From Truepera sp. (lineage in GTDB: Bacteria > Deinococcota > Deinococci > Deinococcales > Trueperaceae): a stretch of 64,000 bases of DNA. This document shows positions 10,450 to 19,916 of the stretch, in pieces; positions within the stretch are counted from its first letter, which is position 1, and the number at the start of each line of letters is the position of its first letter. Location: positions 1,728,001 through 1,792,000 of the forward strand of contig CBDCKW010000009.1 of NCBI GenBank assembly GCA_965218435.1, in the 5' to 3' direction. The notes beneath the pieces were generated by a model. That model ran no database searches. It had not been told where the DNA came from and was given only the letters and a program-made list of their open reading frames with translations. The position numbers were made by a program, and so were the translations under genes.

Positions 10450-10997
10450 AACGGCCCTTAGCTTTAGCCGCCCTGATCCTGGGCTTCACGCTGAGCTTCG
10501 CCTCAGCGACGACGTACCGAGCCATGACGTTAGACGAGCTGATCAGCCGCACCGAGTGGGGTTTTTTTGGTAAGGTCTCAGCCCTTGACGTGACTACCCA
10601 AGCGGGCGAGCCTTACACGCAGGTGACCTTTGAGGTTTTACGGCGGCTGACCGGTGACCTCGGGTCCGGCGATACGGTAACAGATACCGGGACAGATACT
10701 GTAACGCTCAGCTTTTACGGCGGTACCCTGCCGAACGGTCGCAGCGTCAAAGTCGAGGGAATGCCCGAATTTAATCGCGGCGACGAAGTGTTGGTGTTTG
10801 CCTACAATGCGCCCTACTACTCGCCCATCGTCGGATTTTCGCAGGGCTTCTGGCGGGCGACGCCCGACGGCTTCCGGGACCTAAACGGGCGTCTGCTCAG
10901 CCTCAGCGATGATGGGAACCTCTTACGCGACGGTGAAGGCAGCGACCAGACAGCGGTGCTGGGCGAGCTCGAGGCTCGCTTTGGAGAGGTGCCGTGA
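10446..10997 (+). CDS. Secreted hypothetical protein (TIMP/NTR-like OB-fold type often found with matrixins)
   Basis: Signal peptide then ATTYRAMTLDELI...FFGKV...YTQVTFEV...GG...GMPEF..GDEVLVF; ATGA overlap with upstream gene. Confidence 0.6.
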   Translation: MKRPLALAALILGFTLSFASATTYRAMTLDELISRTEWGFFGKVSALDVTTQAGEPYTQVTFEVLRRLTGDLGSGDTVTDTGTDTVTLSFYGGTLPNGRSVKVEGMPEFNRGDEVLVFAYNAPYYSPIVGFSQGFWRATPDGFRDLNGRLLSLSDDGNLLRDGEGSDQTAVLGELEARFGEVP

Positions 10998-11791
10998 ACC
11001 GGCCGCCAAAACTCGCCAGATGGGTGAAGTGGCCCCTTCTGGGACTGCTGACGCTCGGCAGTCTGGCGTTTGCCCTCGACTACCGCGTTGATTCGGCGGG
11101 CGGGCCGGACACCTTGCGGGACCGGATCGCCAAAGCTGCGGCGGCCTGGTTAGAGGTTCCCGGCGGCGTCGTCAACCTCAAAGAGACGCCAGACGCGCCG
11201 AACGTCATCGGCTACGGCGACGGTACCAAGTTCGGCCCCGACACCTTTTCGCTCACCGTGCAAAAAGGTCCTGAACCCGCAACCGACGTGCTGCTCAACC
11301 CGTCCGAGCCAAATCAGCGGGCGCTGACCCACGAACTCGGGCTGTTAGCCGGGCTGAGTCCGGCCCCCAAAGCCAGCGGCGTGATGAACCCGGCGATTCC
11401 ACAAGAGTCGAACGCCGACCTCACGCCCGCCGACGAAGAGGCGCTCCGCGCCCTCGCCGCGTTCGTCCCTGAAGACGTCAATCAAGACGGTGTGGTGGAC
11501 TTTTACGACCTCGCCGACTTCGGCGCAGCGTTCGGCGAAACGGGCGTCAGTTTACCCGCCGATATTGACGAAAACGGCGTCGTCAACCGCGCCGACCTGA
11601 GTTTGCTCGAGGCCGCCTACACCTTCGGTGCCCCCGCTGAGACAGCTCCCGACGAAGCGTTGGCCGCCGCGTCACTTGAATCTGGCGGCGCAGCATCGGG
11701 CGGCGCAGCGTCAGGGGGAACCGTCTCCGGGGGCGCAGCGTCGGGTGGTGCGGTATCAGGCGGTGCCGCGTCGGGTGGCGCGGGCGGCTAG
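10994..11791 (+). CDS. Secreted degenerate matrixin-like domain plus dockerin-like domain and SGGAA tail
   Basis: THELGLLAGL...GVMNP; duplicated Ca-binding loops DVNQDGVVDFYD and DIDENGVVNRAD; GTGA overlap. Confidence 0.75.
   Translation: MNRPPKLARWVKWPLLGLLTLGSLAFALDYRVDSAGGPDTLRDRIAKAAAAWLEVPGGVVNLKETPDAPNVIGYGDGTKFGPDTFSLTVQKGPEPATDVLLNPSEPNQRALTHELGLLAGLSPAPKASGVMNPAIPQESNADLTPADEEALRALAAFVPEDVNQDGVVDFYDLADFGAAFGETGVSLPADIDENGVVNRADLSLLEAAYTFGAPAETAPDEALAAASLESGGAASGGAASGGTVSGGAASGGAVSGGAASGGAGG
11680..11788 (+). repeat. In-frame 15-bp tandem repeat encoding (SGGAA)-like pentapeptides, about 7 copies
   Basis: SGGAA SGGAA SGGTV SGGAA SGGAV SGGAA SGGAG, with synonymous divergence between copies. 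Confidence 0.85.
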
Positions 11792-11912
11792 GGGCTATTT
11801 TGGGCGTTGGTGACACGCTAAAAGCTGGCAGCGTGCCGCCTGGAAAAAGTAAGAATCAGGAGAACCCAGCAGTTTCTGTACTAACACAGCTCGAGCTACT
11901 TGATCGGGCCAC

Positions 11913-13049
11913 TCACTCCCTATGGCGACCTGCTCCGGGTGTTTGGGCCAGATAGTCAAAAACACCTGCCAGAACCTCTACGGCACGCCTTAGTTCAGCA
12001 AAGTCAACGTGTTCGTCCGGCGTATGGTCTAAAGCCGAGTCGCCGGGGCCGTAGGCCAGCACCGGCACGTCCCAACGCGGCGCGGCGACGTTCATGTCTG
12101 AGGTACCCGTTTTGACCTTGAAGCGCGGCGTTCCGCCGACAGCGCGAATCGCCACCCGAAAGGCGCGGGTGAGGAGCGTATCTTTCGGCCCCCGGTAGGC
12201 AGTCTCGTGTCCCTGGAAGGTGAGGTCCAGCGTGCTCCCTTCAGGGACGGCTTGCAGCGCCCGCCGCAGCCCTCGTTCGGCTTCAGCCGGTGACAAGGCG
12301 GGCGGGAGCCGCAAACCGACGACTGCGTGAGCTTGTTGGCTGAGCCCGTCGGACGAGGTGTTCAGGCTTTGCAGCGCAAGCTGAACGCGGTCGAACAGGC
12401 CGGGAGTGGCGGCCCTTACACCTTCGGCCCAGGTTTTGGCTTGCTGCCAGCAGGCGACGAGGTCTTCAGCGGCCGTGGCGTCCTCTCCGGCACTGTGAAA
12501 GGTGGGTTTGGTCAGTATGAGCTTGACGACCAACCGCCCCTTATACCCGAGCGTCATCGCGTCCCAACCTGAGGGTTCCCCGATCACGAGCAGATCGGGT
12601 TTAGGGTAAGTTGCTAGGGCGAAGCGCGCACCTTTACTCGAGGGCACCTCTTCTTCAACCGCGCCGATGAGCGTCAGCGTCAGGGCGTCTTTCACCTCGG
12701 CGGACAAGCGTGACGCAGCGGCAATCGCCGTACAAAACGGGCCTTTGGCGTCAACTGTGCCGCGCCCGTAAAGCTTGCCCGCTTCGACGCGAACCGGCAC
12801 CACACCGGGAACCGTGTCAATGTGGCCCAAAAAGGTGACCTGCAGCGGCCCCGAACCCACGCGCCCGACCGCGTTACCGGCAGCGTCTACGGACGCCTCG
12901 TCGCAAAACGTCGCCATTTGCGAGACTAAAAAATCGGCCACTGCGCCTTCGGAACCTGATACGCTTTCGAGGCGGGCGGCGTGCTCGAGCAAAACGGCGA
13001 TGTCTAAAGCTGTGGCGGCCACGCCGACTACTCTACCTGATAGGCTCAA
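11913..13049 (-). CDS. lysK: [LysW]-lysine/[LysW]-ornithine hydrolase (M20 family)
   Basis: FLGHIDTVPG, LYGRGTVDAKGP, GAVEEE, IGEPSGW, TLGYKG, KTGTSDMN and YGPGDSALDHTPDEH. Confidence 0.9.
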   Translation of the reverse strand: MSLSGRVVGVAATALDIAVLLEHAARLESVSGSEGAVADFLVSQMATFCDEASVDAAGNAVGRVGSGPLQVTFLGHIDTVPGVVPVRVEAGKLYGRGTVDAKGPFCTAIAAASRLSAEVKDALTLTLIGAVEEEVPSSKGARFALATYPKPDLLVIGEPSGWDAMTLGYKGRLVVKLILTKPTFHSAGEDATAAEDLVACWQQAKTWAEGVRAATPGLFDRVQLALQSLNTSSDGLSQQAHAVVGLRLPPALSPAEAERGLRRALQAVPEGSTLDLTFQGHETAYRGPKDTLLTRAFRVAIRAVGGTPRFKVKTGTSDMNVAAPRWDVPVLAYGPGDSALDHTPDEHVDFAELRRAVEVLAGVFDYLAQTPGAGRHRE

Positions 13050-13311
13050 CCTGACGACGTAGCAAGTGAGCGGTACTCAGCGCCGCACAAAACAAACCAT
13101 TATTAACCTTAGTAGAGACAGCGAGTAGGGGCGGCTCGAGCCTGCCCCGAAAACGACGCGGCAAAGTCCCTGTAGACGCTACGAAGGCAGGGCAAAGCCG
13201 AGCGCCTTAGGCGTACCCCAACCCCCAAACTCACCGCCGGACTTGCGGTAGCGTAGGGGCTGACGTCGCAGCTGTGCGACTGCCTAAACGCCGAACAAAA
13301 AGGAGAAGACG

Positions 13312-13677
13312 ATGATCCGAACCGCTGTTGATTCAGAACACACCTTGGTCACCATGACCGCTGAAGATGACCTGACCGCCCAAGACTACGACAAAATTAC
13401 GCCGGAGTTAGAAGAGCTTATCAGCGCGTACGGCAAACTCAACCTGCTTTTTGACATGAGCGGAGTTGAAAAGGTGGACCCGGCCGCCGCCTGGAAAGAC
13501 CTTAAATTTGACGCCACGCACCTCACTGACTTTAAGCGCGTGGCGATTGTCGGAGGCGCGGGCTGGCAAGAGGCGTTTACCCGGCTCGGCAATCCCTTTA
13601 CAAGCGCCGAGGTCAAGTATTTTAGCAGTGTGGGCGCAGCAACCGACTGGCTGGGCGAAGAAATGGCCGGGTCGTAG
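13312..13677 (+). CDS. SpoIIAA-like (STAS/SEC14) domain protein
   Basis: AAWKDLKFD...FKRVAIVG...W...EVKYF...A.DWL pattern; RBS AGGAG. Confidence 0.85.
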   Translation: MIRTAVDSEHTLVTMTAEDDLTAQDYDKITPELEELISAYGKLNLLFDMSGVEKVDPAAAWKDLKFDATHLTDFKRVAIVGGAGWQEAFTRLGNPFTSAEVKYFSSVGAATDWLGEEMAGS

Positions 13678-13744
13678 TCGTTCCTGTGGGTGGGCTCTGA
13701 AGGACGCTCTACGCTCCCTGGTTTCGACGAAAGAGGTTTTTCCG

Positions 13745-14959
13745 CTGACGAAGATTTTAGTTTTGAACGCAGGCTCGAGCAGTCAGAAGTGCAGCCTTTA
13801 CACCCTGCCGGACACGGGCGTCTTACCGGCTGAACCCCTCGCACCGACCTGGGAAGCCCACGCCGACGGCGCTGATCTTGCTGTCTCAACCTCGAGCGGA
13901 GCGAAATTTGAGCGGACGCTCCCGTCAGCGTTCCCCGCCGAGGCGCTCCCGCAGCTGTTAGAGACGCTCTGGCAGGGGCCGACGCAAGTGATCGCCGGTC
14001 CCGGTGAGGTCACCGCCGTCGGGCACCGCGTCGTTCACGGGGGCCGCGCCTACCGGGAAAGCACACGCATCACCCCTGAAGTCGAACGGGTCATCGGCGA
14101 GCTTTCGGCTTTAGCACCAGCCCATAACCCCGCTGCCCTGGCCGGTATCAGGGTCGCTAAAGAGCTGTTTGATGACGCGCCGCAAGTGGCTGTGTTTGAC
14201 ACAGCTTTTCACGCCACGCTGCCGGACGCCGCGGCCATCTATCCCGGCACTTACCGCTGGGCGGAAGAGGGCGTGCGGCGTTACGGGTTTCACGGGATCA
14301 GCCACGCCTACGCTGCAAGCCGCGCGGCTCAGCTGCTAGGCAAACCACTTACGAAGCTAAAACTCATCACCTGTCATTTGGGAAACGGCTGTTCGCTCGC
14401 GGCAGTGCGTGAAGGCAAGAGCGTTGATACGACGATGGGCTTTACGCCCTTGGAGGGCCTGATGATGGGTACGCGCTCAGGCACGCTCGACCCCGGTCTG
14501 CTCGTGTACCTGCTCCGTGACGGCGGTTACAGCGCCGCCGAACTTGATCGGATGCTCAACCAAGAATCGGGACTTAAAGGACTTTCCGGCGTGTCGGGTG
14601 ATCTGCGGGCGGTGAGCGCGGCAGCGGCAGCGGGTAACCCACAAGCCGACCTTGCTTTAGCGGTCTATAGTCACCGGCTACGCTTTTTTATCGGCGCGAT
14701 GCTCGCGAGTCTCGGCGGCCTCGACGCGCTCGTTTTTACGGCGGGCGTTGGTGAGCATAGCGCGTGGGTCAGGCGAGAAGCTTGCGCCGCGTTCGAGTTT
14801 TTAGGCGTCCGGCTCGACGCAAGTAAAGAAGAGGGCAGTGAAGATAGAGACGTTGCCGCCGCAGACGCACCCGTTCGCGTCCTCGTCGTTCACGCGCAGG
14901 AAAACTGGGCGATTGCCGAGAGCTGTGTGCGCCTCTTGGGAGCGTCTCATGCAGCGTAA
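13745..14959 (+). CDS. ackA: Acetate kinase
   Basis: ILVLNAGSSS, GHRVVHGG, APAHN, VFDTAFH, RYGFHGISH, HLGNG, TMGFTPLEG and FTAGVGE. Start reassigned to CTG 13745 behind GAGGT; the ORF-track start lies inside the upstream gene. Confidence 0.93.
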   Translation: MTKILVLNAGSSSQKCSLYTLPDTGVLPAEPLAPTWEAHADGADLAVSTSSGAKFERTLPSAFPAEALPQLLETLWQGPTQVIAGPGEVTAVGHRVVHGGRAYRESTRITPEVERVIGELSALAPAHNPAALAGIRVAKELFDDAPQVAVFDTAFHATLPDAAAIYPGTYRWAEEGVRRYGFHGISHAYAASRAAQLLGKPLTKLKLITCHLGNGCSLAAVREGKSVDTTMGFTPLEGLMMGTRSGTLDPGLLVYLLRDGGYSAAELDRMLNQESGLKGLSGVSGDLRAVSAAAAAGNPQADLALAVYSHRLRFFIGAMLASLGGLDALVFTAGVGEHSAWVRREACAAFEFLGVRLDASKEEGSEDRDVAAADAPVRVLVVHAQENWAIAESCVRLLGASHAA

Positions 14960-14983
14960 CGTCAGCAAACCCAGAGGAACCCC

Positions 14984-17113
14984 GTGGCACAGGCGATTCT
15001 AGTCGTCCCGACGGGGCCGCGCGTCGGCCTGACGACAGTCGCCGTCGGTCTCGTTCACGCGCTCGACCGCCGCGGCGTCCGGGTCGGGTTTTGTAAACCC
15101 ATCGCTCAACCGCACGAGGGAGACACTGGGCCGGAACGCTCGAGCCGCCTCGTCGAGATCGTCGCCGGATTTACCCCGCCGCCGCCCCTGTCCGCCGCCG
15201 AAGCCGCCGACTTTTACGCGCACAGGCAGCGTGGCCGACTTTTTGAAGAGGTCGTCGCGCGCGTTGAAGCGGCCGGGAGCCGCGCCGACGTGATCATCGT
15301 CGAGGGCCTCGTCCCGTCTCCGGAACAACCCTATACGGCGGCGCTTAACGCTGGCTTGGCGAGCAGTTTGGACGCTGCGGTCATCTTGGTGGCAGCCCCG
15401 CACGGGTCTCCTGAAGAGCTTTCGGACGCGCTCGAGCTCACCGCACAAGACTTCGGCGGTGTGTCCGGCAGCCGCGTGGTGGGCTGCATCCTCAATCAGG
15501 TCGGCGCGCCCGCCGGGGCGCACAGCTTGATGCGGCTCGAAGCGCACAGTGAAGCCGCGCCCACCGACTACCGAGAAACGCCGGTGTTACGGCGCGGCGA
15601 CCTCAGGTTGCTCGGCACGATTCCCTGGGAGCGCGACCTGCTCGCGCCGCGCGTCGCGGACGTCGCGGCCTTTTTGGGAGCCGAAACCGTTTATCAAGGG
15701 GATACGGGCCGCCGCGTGACCGACGTTGCGCTCGGCGCGAGTACGGTCTCGAACGCCGCGCAGCGCCTCTTGCCCGGCACGCTCTTTATCACCTCGGGCG
15801 ACCGCGAAGACCTGGTGCTCGCCGCTTCGATGGCGGCGCTGAGTGGGCGGCCGATTGCGGCCCTGCTGCTGACCAACGGCCGCAGACCGGGTACGCCGAT
15901 GCTCGAGCTGTGTGAGCCGGGGCTCTCCACCGGCCTGACCCTGCTGCTCGTCCCCGACGATTCGTTTCAGGCTGCGCTGCGGGTCCGCGAGATGAACTTA
16001 GAGGTGCCCCTAGACGATACCGAACGGATCGAACTGCTCATCGAGCGGGTGGCTGAGGGCTTGGCGGTCGAGACCCTCGAGGCGTTGACCCGAACCTCGA
16101 GCAACCGCCGCCTGAGTCCACCGGCGTTTCGGCATCTGCTCGTCGAACGTGCCCGCACCGCCGACAAACGGATCGTGTTACCTGAAGGCAGCGAACCGCG
16201 TACCCTGCAGGCCGCGTGCATCTGTACGGAGCGCGGCATCGCCCGCTGTGTGTTGCTGGGTGACCCAGACGAGATTCGGAGCGCGGCGGCGCGGGCCGGG
16301 CTCAACTTACCGGCGGGGCTCGAGCTCCTCTCCCCCACCGAACAAGTTGACCGCTTTATTGGGCCGTTGGTCGAGCTGCGCAAACACAAGGGCCTCAACG
16401 CGCCGATGGCGGAAGAGGCGCTCCAAGACAACGTGATGCTGGGGACCATGATGCTCCAGCAAGGCGAGGTTGACGGGCTCGTCTCCGGCGCGGTTCACAC
16501 CACCGCCAACACGATTCGTCCGGCGCTGCAGCTGATTAAAACGACGCCCGGCGTCCGGGTCGTCTCGTCCGTTTTTTTTATGTGTTTGCCCGAACAGGTG
16601 CTCGTTTACGGCGACTGCGCCATCAATCCTGACCCGACCCCCGAAGAACTTGCCGATATTGCCGTGCAGAGCGCGGATTCGGCGCTCGCCTTCGGGATTC
16701 CGGCGCGGGTAGCGATGCTCTCTTACAGTACCGGCGCTTCAGGAACCGGCAGTGACGTGGACAAAGTGCGCCGCGCCACGCGGCTCGCCAAAGAACGCCG
16801 TCCCGACCTCTTGATTGACGGGCCACTGCAGTACGACGCGGCGGCGATTGCCGAGGTCGCCAAAAGCAAAGCGCCGGACTCTCAAGTGGCGGGGCGCGCG
16901 ACCGTCTTTATTTTCCCCGACCTTAACACCGGTAACACGACCTATAAGGCGGTGCAGCGGAGCGCCGAAGTCATCAGCATCGGGCCGATGCTCCAAGGGC
17001 TTAAAAAGCCGGTCAACGACCTGTCACGGGGCGCACTCGTCGAAGATATCGTCTACACGATCGCCCTCACCGCGATCCAAGCTCAGCAGGTCATAGAGCG
17101 AGACAACGTTTAG
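14984..17113 (+). CDS. pta: Phosphate acetyltransferase (long form with BioD-like and DRTGG domains)
   Basis: VGFCKPIAQ, SGDR, IVLPEG.EPR, DGLVSGAVHTT, DCAINPDP, DGPLQYDAA and QGLKKPVNDLSRG. Confidence 0.96.
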   Translation: MAQAILVVPTGPRVGLTTVAVGLVHALDRRGVRVGFCKPIAQPHEGDTGPERSSRLVEIVAGFTPPPPLSAAEAADFYAHRQRGRLFEEVVARVEAAGSRADVIIVEGLVPSPEQPYTAALNAGLASSLDAAVILVAAPHGSPEELSDALELTAQDFGGVSGSRVVGCILNQVGAPAGAHSLMRLEAHSEAAPTDYRETPVLRRGDLRLLGTIPWERDLLAPRVADVAAFLGAETVYQGDTGRRVTDVALGASTVSNAAQRLLPGTLFITSGDREDLVLAASMAALSGRPIAALLLTNGRRPGTPMLELCEPGLSTGLTLLLVPDDSFQAALRVREMNLEVPLDDTERIELLIERVAEGLAVETLEALTRTSSNRRLSPPAFRHLLVERARTADKRIVLPEGSEPRTLQAACICTERGIARCVLLGDPDEIRSAAARAGLNLPAGLELLSPTEQVDRFIGPLVELRKHKGLNAPMAEEALQDNVMLGTMMLQQGEVDGLVSGAVHTTANTIRPALQLIKTTPGVRVVSSVFFMCLPEQVLVYGDCAINPDPTPEELADIAVQSADSALAFGIPARVAMLSYSTGASGTGSDVDKVRRATRLAKERRPDLLIDGPLQYDAAAIAEVAKSKAPDSQVAGRATVFIFPDLNTGNTTYKAVQRSAEVISIGPMLQGLKKPVNDLSRGALVEDIVYTIALTAIQAQQVIERDNV

Positions 17114-17229
17114 AGTAGGCGGCCTTACCGAGCCGCCGGTTCAGCTAGTTGCAATGTGGTAACAGGTTTATTTAGCACATACAGGGCTGAAGTCTGTTAT
17201 GGTAGCCCAAACTTTAAGGAGGCCACACC

Positions 17230-17511
17230 ATGGCAAACATTTCTAAAGCTGACCTGATCAAAGAACTTTCCGAAACCACGAGCATGGGCCAAAAAGACGT
17301 CAAGACACTCGTTGACGGGATGCTCTCGAGCGTCGCCACGCATCTTAAAGCCGGTGACAAGGTGCAGCTAACCGGTTTCGGTACCTTTGAAGTCCGTGAA
17401 CGCAGCGCCCGCACCGGCGTCAAACCGGGTACGAGCGAAAAGATCGAGATCGCCGCCAGCAAGTATCCTGCGTTCAAGGCGGGCAAAGGGCTTAAAGACA
17501 CGCTCAGCTGA
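17230..17511 (+). CDS. hup: HU family DNA-binding protein
   Basis: KVQLTGFGTFEVRERSARTG...PAFKAGKGLKD; RBS AAGGAGG. Confidence 0.95.
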   Translation: MANISKADLIKELSETTSMGQKDVKTLVDGMLSSVATHLKAGDKVQLTGFGTFEVRERSARTGVKPGTSEKIEIAASKYPAFKAGKGLKDTLS

Positions 17512-17592
17512 GCTGAAAAGCCGGTAGCGGCAGAACGTTTCAAGCTATAACTGCTAGATGCTGAATATTGCTGCACAGATTAAAAATAAGCG

Positions 17593-17623
17593 AAAGGACG
17601 CCAGATTACCTGGCGTCCTTTTC
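17593..17623. terminator. Intrinsic terminator between convergent genes
   Basis: 12-bp stem AAAGGACGCCAG / CTGGCGTCCTTT. Confidence 0.8.
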
Positions 17624-17640
17624 TGTACGAGTTTGTATCC

Positions 17641-19836
17641 CTAATTTATGGCTCCGGTAGGTTCTTTGTCCCGGTATTTAGCGAACTGCGGATGCCTATC
17701 AAACCACCTGGCCCGAGCCGTTTTCCAGACACCTAAGTCGGTCGTCACGTCAAAGCATTCCGGCGCAGCTTCGCGCAGCTCTTTTAAGTACCAGCTTTCA
17801 CCCCCGGTATAGACGATCGTGTTTTTGTGTCCGCGGCACGCACCCCGGTCGAGGATGTCGTACTTGACTCTAGGATCTTCCGACGGATCGACCTTCCCGG
17901 CGTAGCCCGAGATTAAGAATACATTGTCTCTCAGTACGAGTCGGCAGCCTTTGGTAACTTCCTTGGTGACCTTGAAAAGTTCGTTGTGGCTGGCTGGGCC
18001 GCTGCCCCCGCGAGACCGACCATACGTCCCTTTTTGTGGTTTCAGCGCGAGCAGCGTGTTTTGCACCTTAAAGCTGTAGTTGACGTTCCTGGCATCTTTC
18101 TGCTCTTTACGGCACGATAGGCCGGTATACGCCCAGTCAATCAGTACATCGTCAACCGTGCCGTCGTTAAAGCGGTCGTTTTCCACCCCGTCATCCCCGG
18201 CGTGGCGAATATACGAGTTGCGGAACAGCCAGTTGGGATTGTTGTTCTTAAAGGTGATGCCGTCGCCGGTATGAATAATCGTCATGTTTTCGACCGTCGC
18301 CTTGGGCGTATCGTAAAAGAGCAGACCAGGCGAGCTATGGAAGGTGTCCCAATCGGTGTCGTCACTTAAGCCGTTGTCGAGAAAGCCGCCGGAGAGACAC
18401 AGTGAGCTGTTGTCTTCCGCTAAAAACGCCGACCTCGCCAGCAGTTTGGCCTCGCGAGCATCAACCCTTATGCCGACACTTTTTTTAGCGATGTAGACCC
18501 TCGAGGTATAATCTCCAGCTAACGTAAGGAGCGGGGCGTCACCCTCAAGACAAGATGCGGACACTGCCGGTGTAACGGGGGCGGGAGTAACAGGTTCAGG
18601 CGTAGGGGCGGGTAGAGGCTCAGGCGTCGGTTCCGGGGCTGGCTGAGCTTCATACGTAATACTTAGAACCGGCGCGAGCACGCGACTCTTATCCCTTGCG
18701 TACGCCGAACGCTTGGCGCTGCCGTCACCGGTGACGTAAAACGCCAGCGCGTTCCCGGAGTTCCAACCGCCACGTGAAACAACCTCTTGGACAACGCCAC
18801 TTAGGTCGGGCGTGCGCACAGCTTGGTCTCTCTTCCAGGGTTCGGGCTGCCAGGGTGCCGAAGCTGCTGTTTGAGCTCGAGCCGTAAAGCTACCGTTAAA
18901 GGGGGCGGCGGTGTCGGCCGCTTCAGCCCGTACTTGCAAGTTGACCGGCGCTGAGTCGTCAGCGATGGCGGTAAAGCTGACTGTCGCCGCTTTGATCTTG
19001 GCCCCTTGCGGGAGGCTAACGCTGGTAAAGCGTAGGGCAACCGTTTGTCCATTTTGCGAAAAGTCGAGCGCCTTGCCGGTGGTTGTCAGGCTCGAGCCCT
19101 CTTCAGCGTCGTCTTTAGGGTCGGCCAGCTTGAGCGTCAAAGTGCCGCTCGTCGCAGTGGCTATGGGACCGCCGGAGAGCGCAGGCGCAGTTGCCCGCGT
19201 GTCTCCCCCGGTATAGGTCACCACGAGTTCGGGCGCAGCGCCGTAAGGATTGCCGAAAGCCATAGCTGAACGTTCACCGGCACTGCTCGAGCCGTCTACA
19301 AAGAGCGCCAAGGCGTTGCCGGACTGCCAACCGCTCCGGCTGACGATCTCTTGGACAACAGAAGCCAGGTTAGGCGTTTGGTAAGACTTACCGACTGCCC
19401 AACTACCCGGGTTCCACGCCGACATTGCCGACGTCTTGGTACGGCGACTGAGATTATTTTTAGCGGTAGAAAAGGTGTCGGCGTTGTTGCTCGCCTCACC
19501 GTAAAGGTTTAGGCTGACAGCCTCCGCGTCGTTGATGCCTGCCTTAAACACCAGGTAGGCGTTTTCAATCTTCGCGCCCGGCGGTACCTGAAGGTTTTGA
19601 AACCTCAATCCGGTCAGCTGCAAGACGCCACCTTTAGCCCGCAGATCGAGGAGCGAACCAGTCAGCTGGACAGAACGGCCTTCTATCTCTTCAGCGTCAT
19701 CGGAGGCGCTGACGATAGACGTGCGCACGGTCGTCGGCGTCGCCAACGTTTCTAACGCCGGTTCAGGCTCGAAACCGCTGCTGCACGCGGCAAGTAAGAC
19801 CAGCGAACCCAAAAGGTAACCTCTAGCGGATTTCAT
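17641..19836 (-). CDS. Surface lipoprotein: two repeated beta-sandwich (DDAEE-motif) domains, Pro-rich linker, C-terminal beta-helix-like domain
   Basis: Lipobox LLAAC after MKSARG with RBS GGAGG; internal duplication (DDAEE..LRF..P.GAKI..TP.L..VVQE.VSR.GW.SGNALA); PEPTPEP linker; DGITFK...DDGVEND beta-helix-like repeats. Confidence 0.75.
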   Translation of the reverse strand: MKSARGYLLGSLVLLAACSSGFEPEPALETLATPTTVRTSIVSASDDAEEIEGRSVQLTGSLLDLRAKGGVLQLTGLRFQNLQVPPGAKIENAYLVFKAGINDAEAVSLNLYGEASNNADTFSTAKNNLSRRTKTSAMSAWNPGSWAVGKSYQTPNLASVVQEIVSRSGWQSGNALALFVDGSSSAGERSAMAFGNPYGAAPELVVTYTGGDTRATAPALSGGPIATATSGTLTLKLADPKDDAEEGSSLTTTGKALDFSQNGQTVALRFTSVSLPQGAKIKAATVSFTAIADDSAPVNLQVRAEAADTAAPFNGSFTARAQTAASAPWQPEPWKRDQAVRTPDLSGVVQEVVSRGGWNSGNALAFYVTGDGSAKRSAYARDKSRVLAPVLSITYEAQPAPEPTPEPLPAPTPEPVTPAPVTPAVSASCLEGDAPLLTLAGDYTSRVYIAKKSVGIRVDAREAKLLARSAFLAEDNSSLCLSGGFLDNGLSDDTDWDTFHSSPGLLFYDTPKATVENMTIIHTGDGITFKNNNPNWLFRNSYIRHAGDDGVENDRFNDGTVDDVLIDWAYTGLSCRKEQKDARNVNYSFKVQNTLLALKPQKGTYGRSRGGSGPASHNELFKVTKEVTKGCRLVLRDNVFLISGYAGKVDPSEDPRVKYDILDRGACRGHKNTIVYTGGESWYLKELREAAPECFDVTTDLGVWKTARARWFDRHPQFAKYRDKEPTGAIN

Positions 19837-19916
19837 TGTTCCTCCACCCCAGATGAAATTGGACCTGTATTCAGATTCAGGTCGGGTTGCATGATGTGAG
19901 GGGGAGCAGGGGCTCT

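Noticed and set aside
13466..13744. ackA N-terminal extension
   Set aside because: It overlaps the SpoIIAA-like gene; the family N-terminus begins at 13745
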